From: Octopus sinensis
Lineage: Eukaryota
NCBI RefSeq assembly: GCF_006345805.1
Contig: NC_043014.1
Span: forward strand, 13,764,001 to 13,828,000
DNA: 64,000 nucleotides
Direction: 5' to 3'
In this document: positions 52,047 through 64,000 of the stretch, in pieces
How the letters are laid out: every line of letters begins with the position of its first letter
How positions within the stretch are numbered: the first letter of the stretch is position 1
Notes under the pieces: generated by a model
Told to the model about the DNA's origin: nothing
What the model saw: the letters and a program-made list of their open reading frames with translations, nothing else
The model's database searches: none
Made by a program: the position numbers and the translations under genes

Positions 52047-52103
52047 GTGTGAGTGGACAAGGAAAGAAAGGCACTCAACACATTTAGCAAGAGTTACATC
52101 TAT

Positions 52104-52420
52104 GGATCAAAACAGTTTGATTCAAACTCGTTAGTACTCCGAGTTTCAAGCGTGATGCTAATCTTCAGCCATTTTGAATTTGAATGAAAGAAGTTGATTG
52201 TTATTACCATAAGGTGGTCAAGAAAAGTCGTGACACCATGTGACCTATCACAACACCACATGACCTTCCTTGACACCATAAGACTGTCCGCAACCAATCG
52301 CAGCCCACCTTATGGTAATAATAATCAGCTTCTTTCATTCAAATTCAAAATGGCTGAAGATTAGCATCATGCTTGAAACTCTTGGAGTACCAATGAATTT
52401 GAATCAAACTGTTTTGATCC
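52104..52420. mobile_element. Palindromic Penelope-like terminal-repeat element, family P2
   Basis: Inverted arms 52104-52217 and 52305-52420, each with a CUGAAGA...GAAA hammerhead core. Confidence 0.75.
52351..52392 (+). ncRNA. Minimal type I hammerhead ribozyme motif (mirror copy at 52132-52171, -)
   Basis: UGG-CUGAAGA-U-UAGC-AUCAU-GCUU-GAAA-CUC-UUG-GAG-UA|CCA. Confidence 0.7.
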
Positions 52421-54284
52421 TTAAATATATGCATATAATATATATTTATATATATATATTGAGAAAGAGAGAGTGCTCTCTACTAGCCCCACCGACTTGT
52501 GTGTTCCACCCACATATAGCAAAACTCTTCACACACCCTCTCCCAACAAACCAATCTACACCTCTTCCCTTCCTCGCATTTCCTCCTTCATACACTATGC
52601 CTAATCCTCACTCCCCAATCTTGTCTTCACAGTTTCAAACACAGCCTAGTTGTTGTTCTTTGCTGAATAAACCAATGTTTAAAGGCATTCCAGCTATAAC
52701 CATCTTGCCTTCTCCAGACAGTTTATCTAGGACTACACAATTCAATGTATCCATCCCTTTTGTTCTTTTACGTAAAGTAGCGTGTAATGAGGGAGATTAT
52801 TTTATTATGTAGGTATGAGATATGGACGACCATGTTGAGGCATCTTCATTGGCTTGAATATATTGAACACATCCAAGTGATGAGAGATAATTTCTAAATC
52901 TGCTTACATCCACATTGACAAGAGCTCTTTACCCTCTTGGGACATCCAGGGCAATTGATCATCCCAAGTGATGCAAGCTGAAAGGATTTTGAGGCTGGTC
53001 CATCGGCCCAATGGAACAAATGTTGTGAATGGTTAGTTATGAAGTGTAATAGTTAATCAGAGATCATCTTTTAGTAGTTGTATCTCAATAGAAAAAACAT
53101 TTTGGTCTTTTTGGTTACACATACCAAAACACTGAGTGTCTCAAAATGGTTAATCATTCATTTACTAGGGAGTGAGGCATTATTTGGACTCATTTTCTAG
53201 GCTTATATATAAGCAGAAGAAAACTAGAAGAAAAACATCTTTGCTAAAGTAATTAATGTCCTGTCACAATACAAAATTGATGATTATATTCGTTTTGTGC
53301 CTAGAATAGCCTAATTTAAACAGAAGAAGAAAATAGTGGCAGATCTTTAAGTATCTCTTTTTTATAAATGACTTTCATAAGGCAAAAAAAAAACTGCTTT
53401 CTCATCAATTATGAATAGCACACAGTTAAACTAATTATGATGGTTTTTCACCAAGCCGTTTGCAGCAACTTCATCCAAAACAAAACTGATATTACAACCA
53501 TATATCGGGGACTACTACATCACTGCATTGGTGACAAGTGTAGAGTACAGGTATGTCTCTCATTGGTTTCAGTCGTTTAGTAGCCAACCATATCAACCCC
53601 AGTAATTATTTCAGCTTGCTGCTTATTTTATTAAGATGCCAAGTTTAGGGACATGACATAACCAATAGTACTGGGGTTTTTTTTTTAGAAAGGAAGTGAT
53701 GACTAAGTGTTATGGTGTTGGTGGGGTAGGAGTACCAGCTTCAAAATCAAAAGTTGACATGAGGTTAAACCTTTAGTGTTTAAACCAGTCATATCCAGCC
53801 CAAATATTCTACCTGTTTTATGTTCAAACTGTCAAGATCCAACCTCCAACCTCTTAACCTATAATGTCATTTTAGAAATATACAATATCACCAAACATAT
53901 GGGATAATACAGAATTAATTAAAAAAAATTATATTTGTATTATATCGCAAGGCAAGACTACACAGTGGCTGTGTGAGCTACAAAATCCTTGTCGCCACTG
54001 TTATATCGCACATTCGGATGACCTCTACTCAACTCCTCAATGTCTAGACTTCTCCCTCTATATCTACGTATTGGGCTAGCCTACATCATCGTCTGGGGGG
54101 CGTCAACACAACAATTTGACAGTGTAATCTGAATGCTAAAGGGTTAATCTCCAGCAACATATTGAATACCAGTTGAAGAAGAAAAATTTAGCTTTTCAGA
54201 GAAATCTCAAAACATAAGGAAGAAGTACACAAAAACATATAGCTAAATCAAACAATTATGTAAGTCAAGTTAATTATTTGGCTC

Positions 54285-54610
54285 AAAAAGCAAAAAGTAA
54301 GGCTATGTAGGGGGACATGGAGTTATGTACAGGGTGGTGTTCATGCAAAGAGTTCAGGCCATTTGTGGTCAAGGGAGACTTTGAACCGAGCGGTTGTCGG
54401 CATCTTCACTATCTCGTCCGGCAGCTTATTCCATGGATCCGCAACCTGGACGGAGAAAGCCCCTCTCCTTCGATTGAGATGAAATCGTCGCAGATAGAGC
54501 TTTTCAGAGTGACCCCGCAGCCGACACTCTGGAGCAGGAGTGAAGAATAGCTCTTTCGAGAGGTTACACTTTCCGCTTATGATGTTGTGAACAACTGAAA
54601 ATGATTGCAT
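54285..54610 (-). mobile_element. CR1-clade LINE 3' fragment
   Basis: LRGHSEKLYLRRFHLNRRRGAFSVQVADPWNKLPDEIVKMPTTARFKVSLD. Confidence 0.88.
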
Positions 54611-55366
54611 TTGAATGAATTTCTTTTTTTGTTTTTAATCTTGTTTACTTTGTCACTTAGGTGACCAAAAAATAAGTAAAACTCACCAAACATTCCAAAA
54701 CAAAGCATATTACCAACACAGCAACTATTTAACTAGTTGAGAGCAAAGATCATGGTTAGAGGATGGGTTTTTTAGGAATGGTGATTCAGCTGTAAGAATT
54801 CCTAAAGCAACAATTCTAAGATATCTAATTTGACAAAACTAGCTAACATATTTGCCCTGAGAAAAATGGACGCAAAATGTGTTAAGAAAGTTCATTAAGT
54901 TATTAAGTATTGTTGTCATGAAATGTGTTTTTACAGCCAGCATATTATTTGATCAGACTTAAAAGATTGTAGTCCACAAAAGAGAATGTTTATGGATTGG
55001 TGACATAATTTCTATAACCTTTCTAGAGTTAGCCTGACTGCCATTCAGTACAAATAATAGCCATACCTTCCAGCCCACCAAACACTTTTGCTTCTTTATT
55101 GTAACATATGTCACCTGATGACTGAGAAATATGTTGCTAACAGAAGGAGGTATTCAATAACTCAGGATCCACTACTAACAGCTTAGACATCAACAGCAAA
55201 TACACCATATCACATGCCTGTTTTTTTTTTATTGCACATACACACAAACTAACATGGCTTAGAATAAGTGGTCCTCTGGACATCACTACAGAATACACCA
55301 AACTACATTGTTTGATAGTTGCAGGACCATGAGCCAAGTAAGACTCCCACAATAATCTAGGAATTA

Positions 55367-55880
55367 CAACCGTGTTTCGTGGTCTGCTACCACAACAGCT
55401 CCTTTATAGGATCCAGTTAGCTCAAGACATCATCGGGAGGAACCACGTCCGGTTTCGGCCCCTACTCCTCTACCGTTTTGACGTGGCGGGCCCCCACTTT
55501 CGGAGGTGTCTTCAGCTCTGGTGTTGGGTGCATGTCTTCTTTCTTCTGTTCCCTGGCCTCTTCGATGTATCGTCTGCGAGTGTCAGCCGGTGACTGACTG
55601 TCTTGTCAAATTTTTCCTTTAAATACCTGCCGCATAGGCTCCAGCAGGCAGCCCCAGCAAGTTGTCACGTGACACTGTCTCACCTTAACTGACTAGTGAA
55701 GGCGCGTAGTTTTAGCCCGCGCTTTTTCTAAATGACCGTCACCTGTCAGTCAGCTTGTCTCACCTAGTGATGTTATTTCCCGTCTGCGTGTTTATGACTT
55801 TCAAGCCATTTTCAGTCTTCCCGCTTCAGCCATATATAGAAGCTGGCTTTTTCGACCGCCTCCTGTACTCTCCTTTATAT
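55367..55880. mobile_element. Unclassified CpG-rich insertion
   Basis: Abrupt GC/CpG rise; 10-bp direct repeat CTCCTTTATA at 55399-55408 and 55870-55879. Confidence 0.45.
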
Positions 55881-58800
55881 GAATAAATGAAGGAGACAAA
55901 CTGGCTCCAGGTAACAAACAGAAGTTTCTTCCACTTCAGCAGGTGTCAGGATCAAACTCTACCAAGTGTTTTCTCCATAATGAAAGCAATACTATCAACT
56001 CTATATGAAAGGAAAGCTATATAAATAGTTAACATACTAACAAAATAAGAATGCAGATAGACTGGCCTAGTTTTCACTGTTACTCACTCAGTCAAGGAAG
56101 TTTGTTATGCTTTGATGGTGATGATGAAAGCCTAGACATTGGTTTACACGGCTTGTTTACTGCTCTCATTTTCGCTTTCTTAACAACAATAATAGTTGGC
56201 CAACTAACTAATGGAAAAGAATCTGCAGGAGATCTCAGCAGTCTATTGCCGACACCAAAGCAAGATCAGTGTCAATATGCATATATATATTATTTTGTCA
56301 GTCCAATAGCCCTTGCATAAGCCTGAAGGAAAGCTAATTATAAAGTACAGCAGCCAGTATGTGTGTTTAGTAAAAAAAAAATACACTAAGTAAACAAAGA
56401 CATCAAATAACTTATGAAATACTGCATTTACTGATTCACATATTTCTCTCATCAATTCTGGTTGAAGGTGTTAGCAACAGGAAATTCTGTTATTCCTAAA
56501 TTAGTCTTTATGGCAAATGAGCAGAAAATGTTAATAACTTTTCTATGCACTGCTATTTGTGCTTATTATAATACTTTTCACTCAGACAAGTTGTTCACCT
56601 TTATATAATACATACAATATTCCTCTGTGAGAGAAAATAAATTTCACCTTCTCACCAGCCAACAGAATCATTATATTTTCATAGGTGTTACATTAGGAAA
56701 CTAATCTTTTATCTCAATATTTTCCCAGTATTAGGTAGTTTAAAAAAGAAAATATTTTTCATCAGCCCCAGGACTCATAAGATCAGTTACCCAGTTTCTA
56801 TTGGTGTATAAACAACCAAGATTACGACATTCTCTGTTGCTGGGTTGAGGGCCAACAGTTTAGAGGGAAAGAGACAAGCCAATTACACTGACTCCAATAC
56901 TTGACTGCTACTCTATTCAATCAACCCCAAAATGATGAAAGACAAAGTGAAGCTCAGTGGGATTTGAACTCAGAATGTGAAGAGCTGCAAATATAATGCT
57001 AAGCATTTTGTCTGATATGCTAACAATTCTGCCAGCTTGCTGCTTCATCAAATAATTTAGCCTAATATTTTGTCAACAGGACAGCAATAGTATACAAAGA
57101 TGGTACCAAGATTCAAATTGTCAGGTTCAAAATGTTAACCCACAACAGTTTTCTTAGAATAAAACAAACTGAAATTGCTCTTTCTGCTTATATTTTGAGA
57201 TTCTCTGAACATCTATAGTTTTCTACATCAATTAGTGTTTATTATATCGTACATTTACTTAATGATTATCCCATTACTACTTCAGTGAGTATAGTGAAGT
57301 TTATGCTTCACTGATGAGGCCATAAACAGACCAAAACATAAGGTCATAAGATACAAATGTCTCCATAGCATCTTTCTTTTCTTCATTTTACTGGTTTCAG
57401 TCATTAAACTGCAGCCATGCTGGGGTACTGCCTTGAAGAATTTTAGCTGAACTATTCAACTGCAGTACTTATTCTATCTGTCTCTTTTTGTCAAACTGCT
57501 AAGGTATGAGGACATAAACACACACACACACACATACGACAGGCTTCTTTCAGTTTCCATCTTCAAAATCTACTCACAAGGCTTCGGTCAACCCAAATCT
57601 ATAAGTAGGAGAAAGAGACTTGCCCAAGGTGACATGCAATGAGAGTGAACCCAGAGTCATGTGGTTGGGAAGCAAACTTCTCACCATACACCCACACCTG
57701 CACCTAGTAGTCAAAGTAAATTTCAAAAATATATCAAATTTTTACTAAAGAGTTAGGGGTTCATACTTTGTCACTGGCACTATGCTGTGTTATGAGTGGA
57801 ACCCCCCCCCCAAAAAAAAACAGTGAACCTTTCTTACCCCTGCTTTTTAAGCAGTCAACCATGTAAAAATATAGAAAGAATGATTTGGTAATATCTCACA
57901 AATCTAATAAGTAGCTTAGGGGTTTATGTGTGCAAGAGTTAATCTTGTCACACAATGCACTGAGGCCAGTACTTTCAGCAGATTTATTCAGAAATGAGAT
58001 ACTAGCAAAAGGGAAGTGTAAACATGTTTGTAACAAATGTCAAATATTTCATTGAATTTAATCTGCACCAAAATATGCTGGTATTAATTTACTCCATAGC
58101 ACTGATATTTAAACATTTCAAGGTCTAATGTTATGACATGTTAACCAAATTTTCGGTTCTTACTTCTATGTTTTTTTAATTTCTTTTTGTGGCCTAGATA
58201 AACAGAGGCAGGGCAACATGCATGACCTTTATTGTGGGGCCTTCAAGAATGGCAAAAGAAAGAGAGGAGCTTACGATAAGGCCTGAATATTTGCAACAGT
58301 GTAAACTCAACTAAAGGTAGCAAAGGATTAGGTGTAGGTACTGAACCAGAAAACAGATTAAGTCTACTCACCAAAGGACAAGTATAGTCTATCCAATAGG
58401 CTTTTAAACAGTTCCCATCTACCAAATTTCACTCATGAACACTTGGGGTAAACCAAGGCTATAACAGGAAGCACTTGTCTAAGGTGCCCTCACAATGGAA
58501 TCAAACCAGTTAATGTTCTGCCCATAGTATCTTGTCAAGATTACCTTATGTTTTATCTGGCTTTACATTATATCTGATACAATTATTAACCCTTTAGTGT
58601 TTAAACGGGCCATATCTGGCCCAATTATTCTACATGTTTTATATTTGAACTAGCCATATCTAGCCTCTCACACCTAACCTACACTGACATTCTAAAAATA
58701 AGTAATCACATTATTGAAACCTCAAAGCTATGAGATAATGCATGATTAATTCAAAACAATTTGAGTGAAAAAGCATTACATTTAACAGAGTAATCTGAAC

Positions 58801-60627
58801 ATTAAAGGGTAAAGGTATTTTATGGCATATAAAGTAGACTTTTTCCACCAAAAAAATTGTCTCATAGATCACCCTTGTTCCTACATGTGAAGTTGGATCT
58901 CCCGTAAGCTTTAATGCAGAAAAAAGCTATTTTTTCCTGAATACAATTAGTCCACATTATTTTGTAAGGAGCACAGGGTCAGTTTCTCTGGTGTGTATAT
59001 TCTTCCCTAGACAGGACACCGGTCAGTTGCAGAATTACTCGTGTTTATCAGCTGAGTGAACTGGATCAGCATAAAATGAAATGTTTTGCTCGAGAACATG
59101 ACACATCAACCAGTCCAGGAATTAAAACCACAATCTCACGATGAGTCCAGTATCTTAAGCTATGTGTCTTTCTTTTCTTTTATTTCTTTTATTTGTTTCA
59201 GTCATTTGACTGCAGCCATGCTGGAGCACCGCCTTTAGTCGAACAAATCAACCCCAGGACTTATTCTTTGTAAGCCTAGTACTTATTCTATCGGTCTCTT
59301 TTTGCCGAACCGCTAAGTTACGTGAACGTGAACACACCAACATCGGTTGTCAAGCGATGGTGGGGAGACAAACACAGACACACAAACATACACGATGGGC
59401 TTCTTTCTGTTTCTGTCTACCAAATCCACTCACAAGGCTTTGGTCAGCCCAAGGCTATATTTGAAGACACTTGCTCAAGGTGCCACGTAGTGGGACTGAA
59501 CCGGGAACCATGTGGTTGGTAAGCAAGCTACTTACCACACAGCCACTCCTGCGCCTACATTTTCCTGTCTCTACATTTGTCCTCGAAATGCATTGCTAAA
59601 ATTGGGGAGCATCTAATATGCCCATGCATCTTTTATGCTATCAAATATGGGATAAATAAAATCTTTGGAAAGGAATTGAATGAAATGAAGTAGAATTATA
59701 GAATATGTAAATACACACACACACAGAGGATACTTTTCGATTTCCTTCTCAAAACATTTGAAGAGAACATGTTAATGGATTTCTTCAAAGCCTGAAGAAT
59801 GCTACAGTAAGCAGCCACAGTCTAGAGACAGTTAAATTATATCAAAGGGTGACTTACACTCTAACAGGCTAATTATTATATATTGATAGAAACTATATAT
59901 AAGATAGATCTGAGATTAAGCACAAACGCAGTGAAGCTTCAAGCAGTTTTTAAAATGGAATCAATATTCAACTCTGTCAAAGAATTTATATTTTTGTGTC
60001 AAGTAATACTGTGAAAAAAAAAAAAAGTAAACCAATCTGCTGATTTTGCAATTGTTTTTTTTTTCTCACCTTTTTATCCTTCTTCTTTATACAGTATTGT
60101 GAGAGATTTAAATGTTAACCAAAATAATGCTTAAGATAGTTTTATCCAATTTTTTTTCTTGTCAAGTGTTTGGTCTATCTTTATACATTATAGAAGAAAT
60201 TATCAAAACTTGTTTTGCATAGCTATTTTACTTTTTCGCTTTTATCACAGGTTAGCTTCAAAGAAAGATGTTTTAAATGCTAAGTATTCAAGTAAAAATC
60301 TTTAATATCACACTTGTTAGAAAACATAGCAGGGAAACAGTAAATTCCCTTCTCTTCATATGCACATTGTTTCTCTGTTGAACTTCATGTTAGTCAGAAG
60401 TCCTTTTATACAACTCTCTCTTTACTCTTTTACTTGTTTCAGTCATTTGACTGCAGCCATGCTGGAGCACCGCCTTCAGTCGAGCAAATCGACCCCGGGA
60501 CTTATTCTTTGTAAGCCCAGTACTTATACTATCGGTCTCTTTTGCAGAACCGCTAAGTAACGGGGACGTAAACACACCAGCATTGGTTGTCAAGCAATGC
60601 TAGGGGTACAAACACAGGCACACAAAC

Positions 60628-60664
<37 letters not shown>

Positions 60665-61204
60665 CATATATACGACAGGCTTCTTTCAGTTTCCGTCTAC
60701 CAAATCCACTCACAAGGCATTGGTCGGCCCGGGGCTATAGCAGAAAACACTTGCCCAAGATGCCACGCAGTGGGACTGAACCCAGAACCATGTGGTTGGT
60801 TAGCAAGCTACTTACCACACAGCCACTCCTGCACCTACAAATAGCTTCTTCCCATAAACTGCTGCTCTCTGGAACTCATTCATCTTGTTTTCCTTTGTAC
60901 TGTGGTATTCACTCCTTTAAGCCCTCTGTCAAATCAACATAATTTGAATTTGTAGGCTCCCTTCTTTTCTTTCTTTATTGTCCCTTACACTATAGTGATC
61001 TCAAGTCTTCTTCGGGACATAATCATAAAAAAAAGACATGTGGTAAGAAGCTTGCTTCCCAACCTCATGGTTCTGTGTTCAGTTCCACTGTGTGGTACCT
61101 TGGGCAAGTGTTTTCTACTATTGTCTCAGGCCAACCAAAACCTTATGAGTAGATTCGGTAGATGGAAACTGAAAGAAGCCCATCCAACATATGTGCATGT
61201 GTGT

Positions 61205-61614
61205 AAAATATCTGGTGGTGTGGGTTATGGTCTAGTCACCCGTATTGTAAATCAGGTGGTCCACAAAGGAGTCATACCCAATGACTGGTGTAGCAGCACT
61301 ATAGTCAAATGTTACAAGGGTAAAGGTGATGCCTTAGAGAGAAATAATTACAGAGGTATCAAATTATTGGGTCAGGTAATGAAATTAGGGAGAGAGTTAG
61401 CCTAGATGAAATGCAGTTTGCTTTTGTGCCAGGGAGAAGCACCACAGATACTATATTTCAGTTAAGGCAGCTGCAGGAGAAATACATAGCCAAAAATAAA
61501 CCTCTGTATTTGGCCTTTACTGACTTGGAAAAAGCCTTTGACAGGGTCCCCTGACCCCTTATCTGGTGGTCAATGTGGAAACTAGGGATAGATGAGTGGT
61601 TGGTGAGAGCTGTC
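61205..61614 (+). mobile_element. RTE RT-domain fragment
   Basis: IPNDWCSSTIVKCYKGKGDALERNNYRGIKLL; DEMQFAFVPGRSTTDTIFQLRQLQEK; AFTDLEKAFDRVP. Confidence 0.92.
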
Positions 61615-61920
61615 TTCATACTCTAATTGCTTTATCTACCAAGGTACTGTCAATTCAAATAGCTGGTCCCTCTGTTGGGTCGACATTTGGGCAAACTCTC
61701 TTTCTCCCACTCCTCCTCTTCATGTAGCAACTTTTCATAGTAGCATCTCCAAGTCTCTCTCTTTGCAGCATCATGATTCTCTCTCATACACTGTCTTGTA
61801 ATACAAGACACTTCAAGTCTCTGGTCCTCATGATGCAGAACATTGGCAAATTTTTTCTTATCTGCTTCCCCACTGGCTAAGTAAACCTGTCCCCTAGCTT
61901 CCCTTCTGGCAATATGACAC
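61610..61920 (-). mobile_element. RTE pre-RT fragment in the opposite orientation
   Basis: ETWRCYYEKLLHEEEEWEKESLP...VDKAI-SMKT. Confidence 0.8.
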
Positions 61921-63208
61921 AGTTGATGGATGGATGGATGGATGGATGTGTCTGTGTTTGATTCCCCCATCACTGCTTGACAACCGGTGTTGGTGCGTTT
62001 GCATCCCTGTAACTTAGTGGTTTGGCAAAAGAGAATAATAGAATAAATACTTGGCTTAAAAGAGAAGCTCTGGGGTCGATTTGTTCAACTAAAACCCTTC
62101 AAGGCAGTGAACCAGCAAGGCCACAGTCAAATGACTGAAACAAATGAAAAAAAAGAAGAAGAAAAAAAAAGAATCTATAAAATGGTGACTAAGTAGCAGG
62201 TAATTTAGCATTGACTAGAAAGCTTTGTACTGTTTGTTCCAGCTATCTATGTTCTGAGTTCAAATTCCACGGAAGTCAACTTTGCCTTTCCTCCTCTTGA
62301 GATAGGAAATAAAGTACTTGTCCAGAGCAGTGAACAAGCTGAATGGTTAGACCATCAGACAGACTTGCTTGTAGTATCTGTTCCAGCTGTTTGCATTCTG
62401 ATGGTGACACCTGCAATGACGCTGGTGTGAAACTCTATGAGCCTTTGCTTTTCTCTCGGACAACATTGGTGATGTGGAGAGGGAAGGCTTGTCTGCATGA
62501 GCAATTGTTGGCCTTTCTATGCTTTGGAGAGAAACTTCCCAAGTGCAAATCCATAGTCTCGTGAGACACATGGAAACCTTGGACAATGACATTTCTGAAT
62601 GCATAGGAAAAAGAGAACATAGATATAAACTATTATGTCTGGGGAGAGTCATTTTCTTTTTGTGCCTTATAATTTAACACACTCACAGGTAAAATTTCCA
62701 CTTATTTCTTATTTTCATTTTCATAAAATTATTGTTGCGTCTTGCAACCTTTTCAAAAGGTTGCAAGACGCAATGAAAATTTGGTAATGGATGGGACACT
62801 AAACACCCTTGTTTGAAAATATATGGATGCAGATAGTGTATCATATAGCCAGCTGGAGACGATGTTTACTGGGGTTAAATAACAGTAACAATTGTCCTAA
62901 CCAGGACTACCACATTATATTGGCAAATAATCTTTACAATATGTAATTCATTTAATTTAAAAGCTATTTGCTTCATTAGTGGATTCTTCCTCATCAACCC
63001 TTTCAATCCAGAGCTCACCAATAAACTGTTTGTTTTCTAGGGTTATTTTTTTTGCCAACCACCATTATTACAACAGACTAAGGTGGCAAACTGGCAGAAT
63101 TGTTAGCATACCTTATGAATGGATTTGGTAGACAGAAACTGAAAGAAGCTAGTCATATAGTATCATCATCATCATTTAACATCCATTTTCCATGCTAGCA
63201 TGGGTCGG

Positions 63209-63246
<38 letters not shown>

Positions 63247-63247
<1 letters not shown>

Positions 63248-63477
63248 TTCATTTAAAAGCAGCAGAAATATAACAAAAGCTGTTACTCAGAGTTTCATGT
63301 TCCTGCTCGTCAGACAGTTTGTTTTTTTTAATAAAACTGTGTGATGAACAGGAACGTGAAACTCTGAGTAAAAGCTTTTGTTATATATTTCTGCTGCTTT
63401 TAAATAAAGCATATTACTCTACCTCTGGTATTTGAGTACTCTTTTTTCCACCTTGTTTCCCATTTATGTGCTTACTC

Positions 63478-63481
<4 letters not shown>
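63247..63481. mobile_element. Palindromic Penelope-like terminal-repeat element, family P3, inserted in (TA)n
   Basis: Inverted arms 63247-63320 and 63334-63409 with a 13-nt spacer; the right arm extends to 63481. Confidence 0.78.
63280..63317 (-). ncRNA. Minimal type I hammerhead ribozyme motif (degenerate mirror copy at 63337-63374, +)
   Basis: CUGU-CUGACGA-G-CAGGAACA-U-GAAA-CUC-U-GAG-UA|ACAG: intact core, 4-bp helix I, GUA triplet. Confidence 0.75.
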
Positions 63482-63521
<40 letters not shown>

Positions 63522-64000
63522 GTGTGTGTTTACTTATTCTGACCTCATGTGATAGCTGTAATCAAATGACTCTGAAATACAAGCTGTGTCATTCATTTCC
63601 AGTAAAATGTCTGACCATGGGGAAATATTGATCTCAAATTTTGGCACAAGGCCAGAAATTTCAGGAGAGGGGGGGAAGTTGATTACATTGACCCCAGTGC
63701 TCAACTGGTACTTATTTCACAGTCCCCGAAAGAGATGAAAGGAAAAGTCAACCTCAGCGGAATTTGAACTCAGGATGTAAAGACAGACAAAATGCCACTA
63801 GGTATTTCGCTCAAGTGTGCAAATGATTTTGCCAGCTAGCCACAGTAGACCATGGGAAAATATTAGCTTACATGAAAACAGGTGAGTGTCGGTGACAGGA
63901 AGGGCATCCAGCCACAGAAAACCTGCTTTAATAAACTCCACCCAAACCTATGCAGACATGTAAAAGAGTATATTAAAATGGAGATGATACATATATACAT

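Larger units (their letters stand above)
61035..62150 (+). mobile_element. SINE family A split by an RTE fragment inserted into its internal microsatellite
   Basis: Head 61035-61190, tail 61945-62150, RTE coding sequence between. Confidence 0.8.

Noticed and set aside
56051-56320. 89-aa plus-strand ORF with a hydrophobic stretch and a possible acceptor near 56091
   Set aside because: No recognisable domain, no convincing donor and no partner exons; needs RNA-seq or BLASTP.

Overview
AT-rich, repeat-dense eukaryotic genomic DNA with one 100-N scaffold gap (33044-33143). The SINE/LINE repertoire suggests an octopus (coleoid cephalopod); this is inference from recalled repeat families. The only host gene I can support is an adiponectin receptor (ADIPOR/PAQR family) on the minus strand. 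Four coding exons (25859-25503, 12884-12608, 8691-8511, 3629-3442) join in consistent splice phases into 334 codons, and the remaining 3' exons lie beyond the left edge. A CpG-rich zone at about 38-42.3 kb with strong minus-strand donor sites is its likely promoter/first-exon region. The rest is tRNA-derived SINEs (three families), CR1, L2 and RTE LINE remnants, Tc1/mariner, hAT, piggyBac-like and Helentron-like elements, and microsatellites. The most notable signal is four head-to-head palindromes (17.1, 50.0, 52.1 and 63.2 kb; three unrelated families). Every arm carries a minimal type I hammerhead-ribozyme-like motif, which fits Penelope-like element terminal repeats. One family has a GUGAACA core in all four arms, which would be a G3:C8 swap of the catalytic C3:G8 pair. 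The window also shows one SINE head joined to either a CR1-type or an RTE-type tail, with both candidate partner LINEs present. Repeat boundaries are approximate unless a TSD or TIR is quoted.
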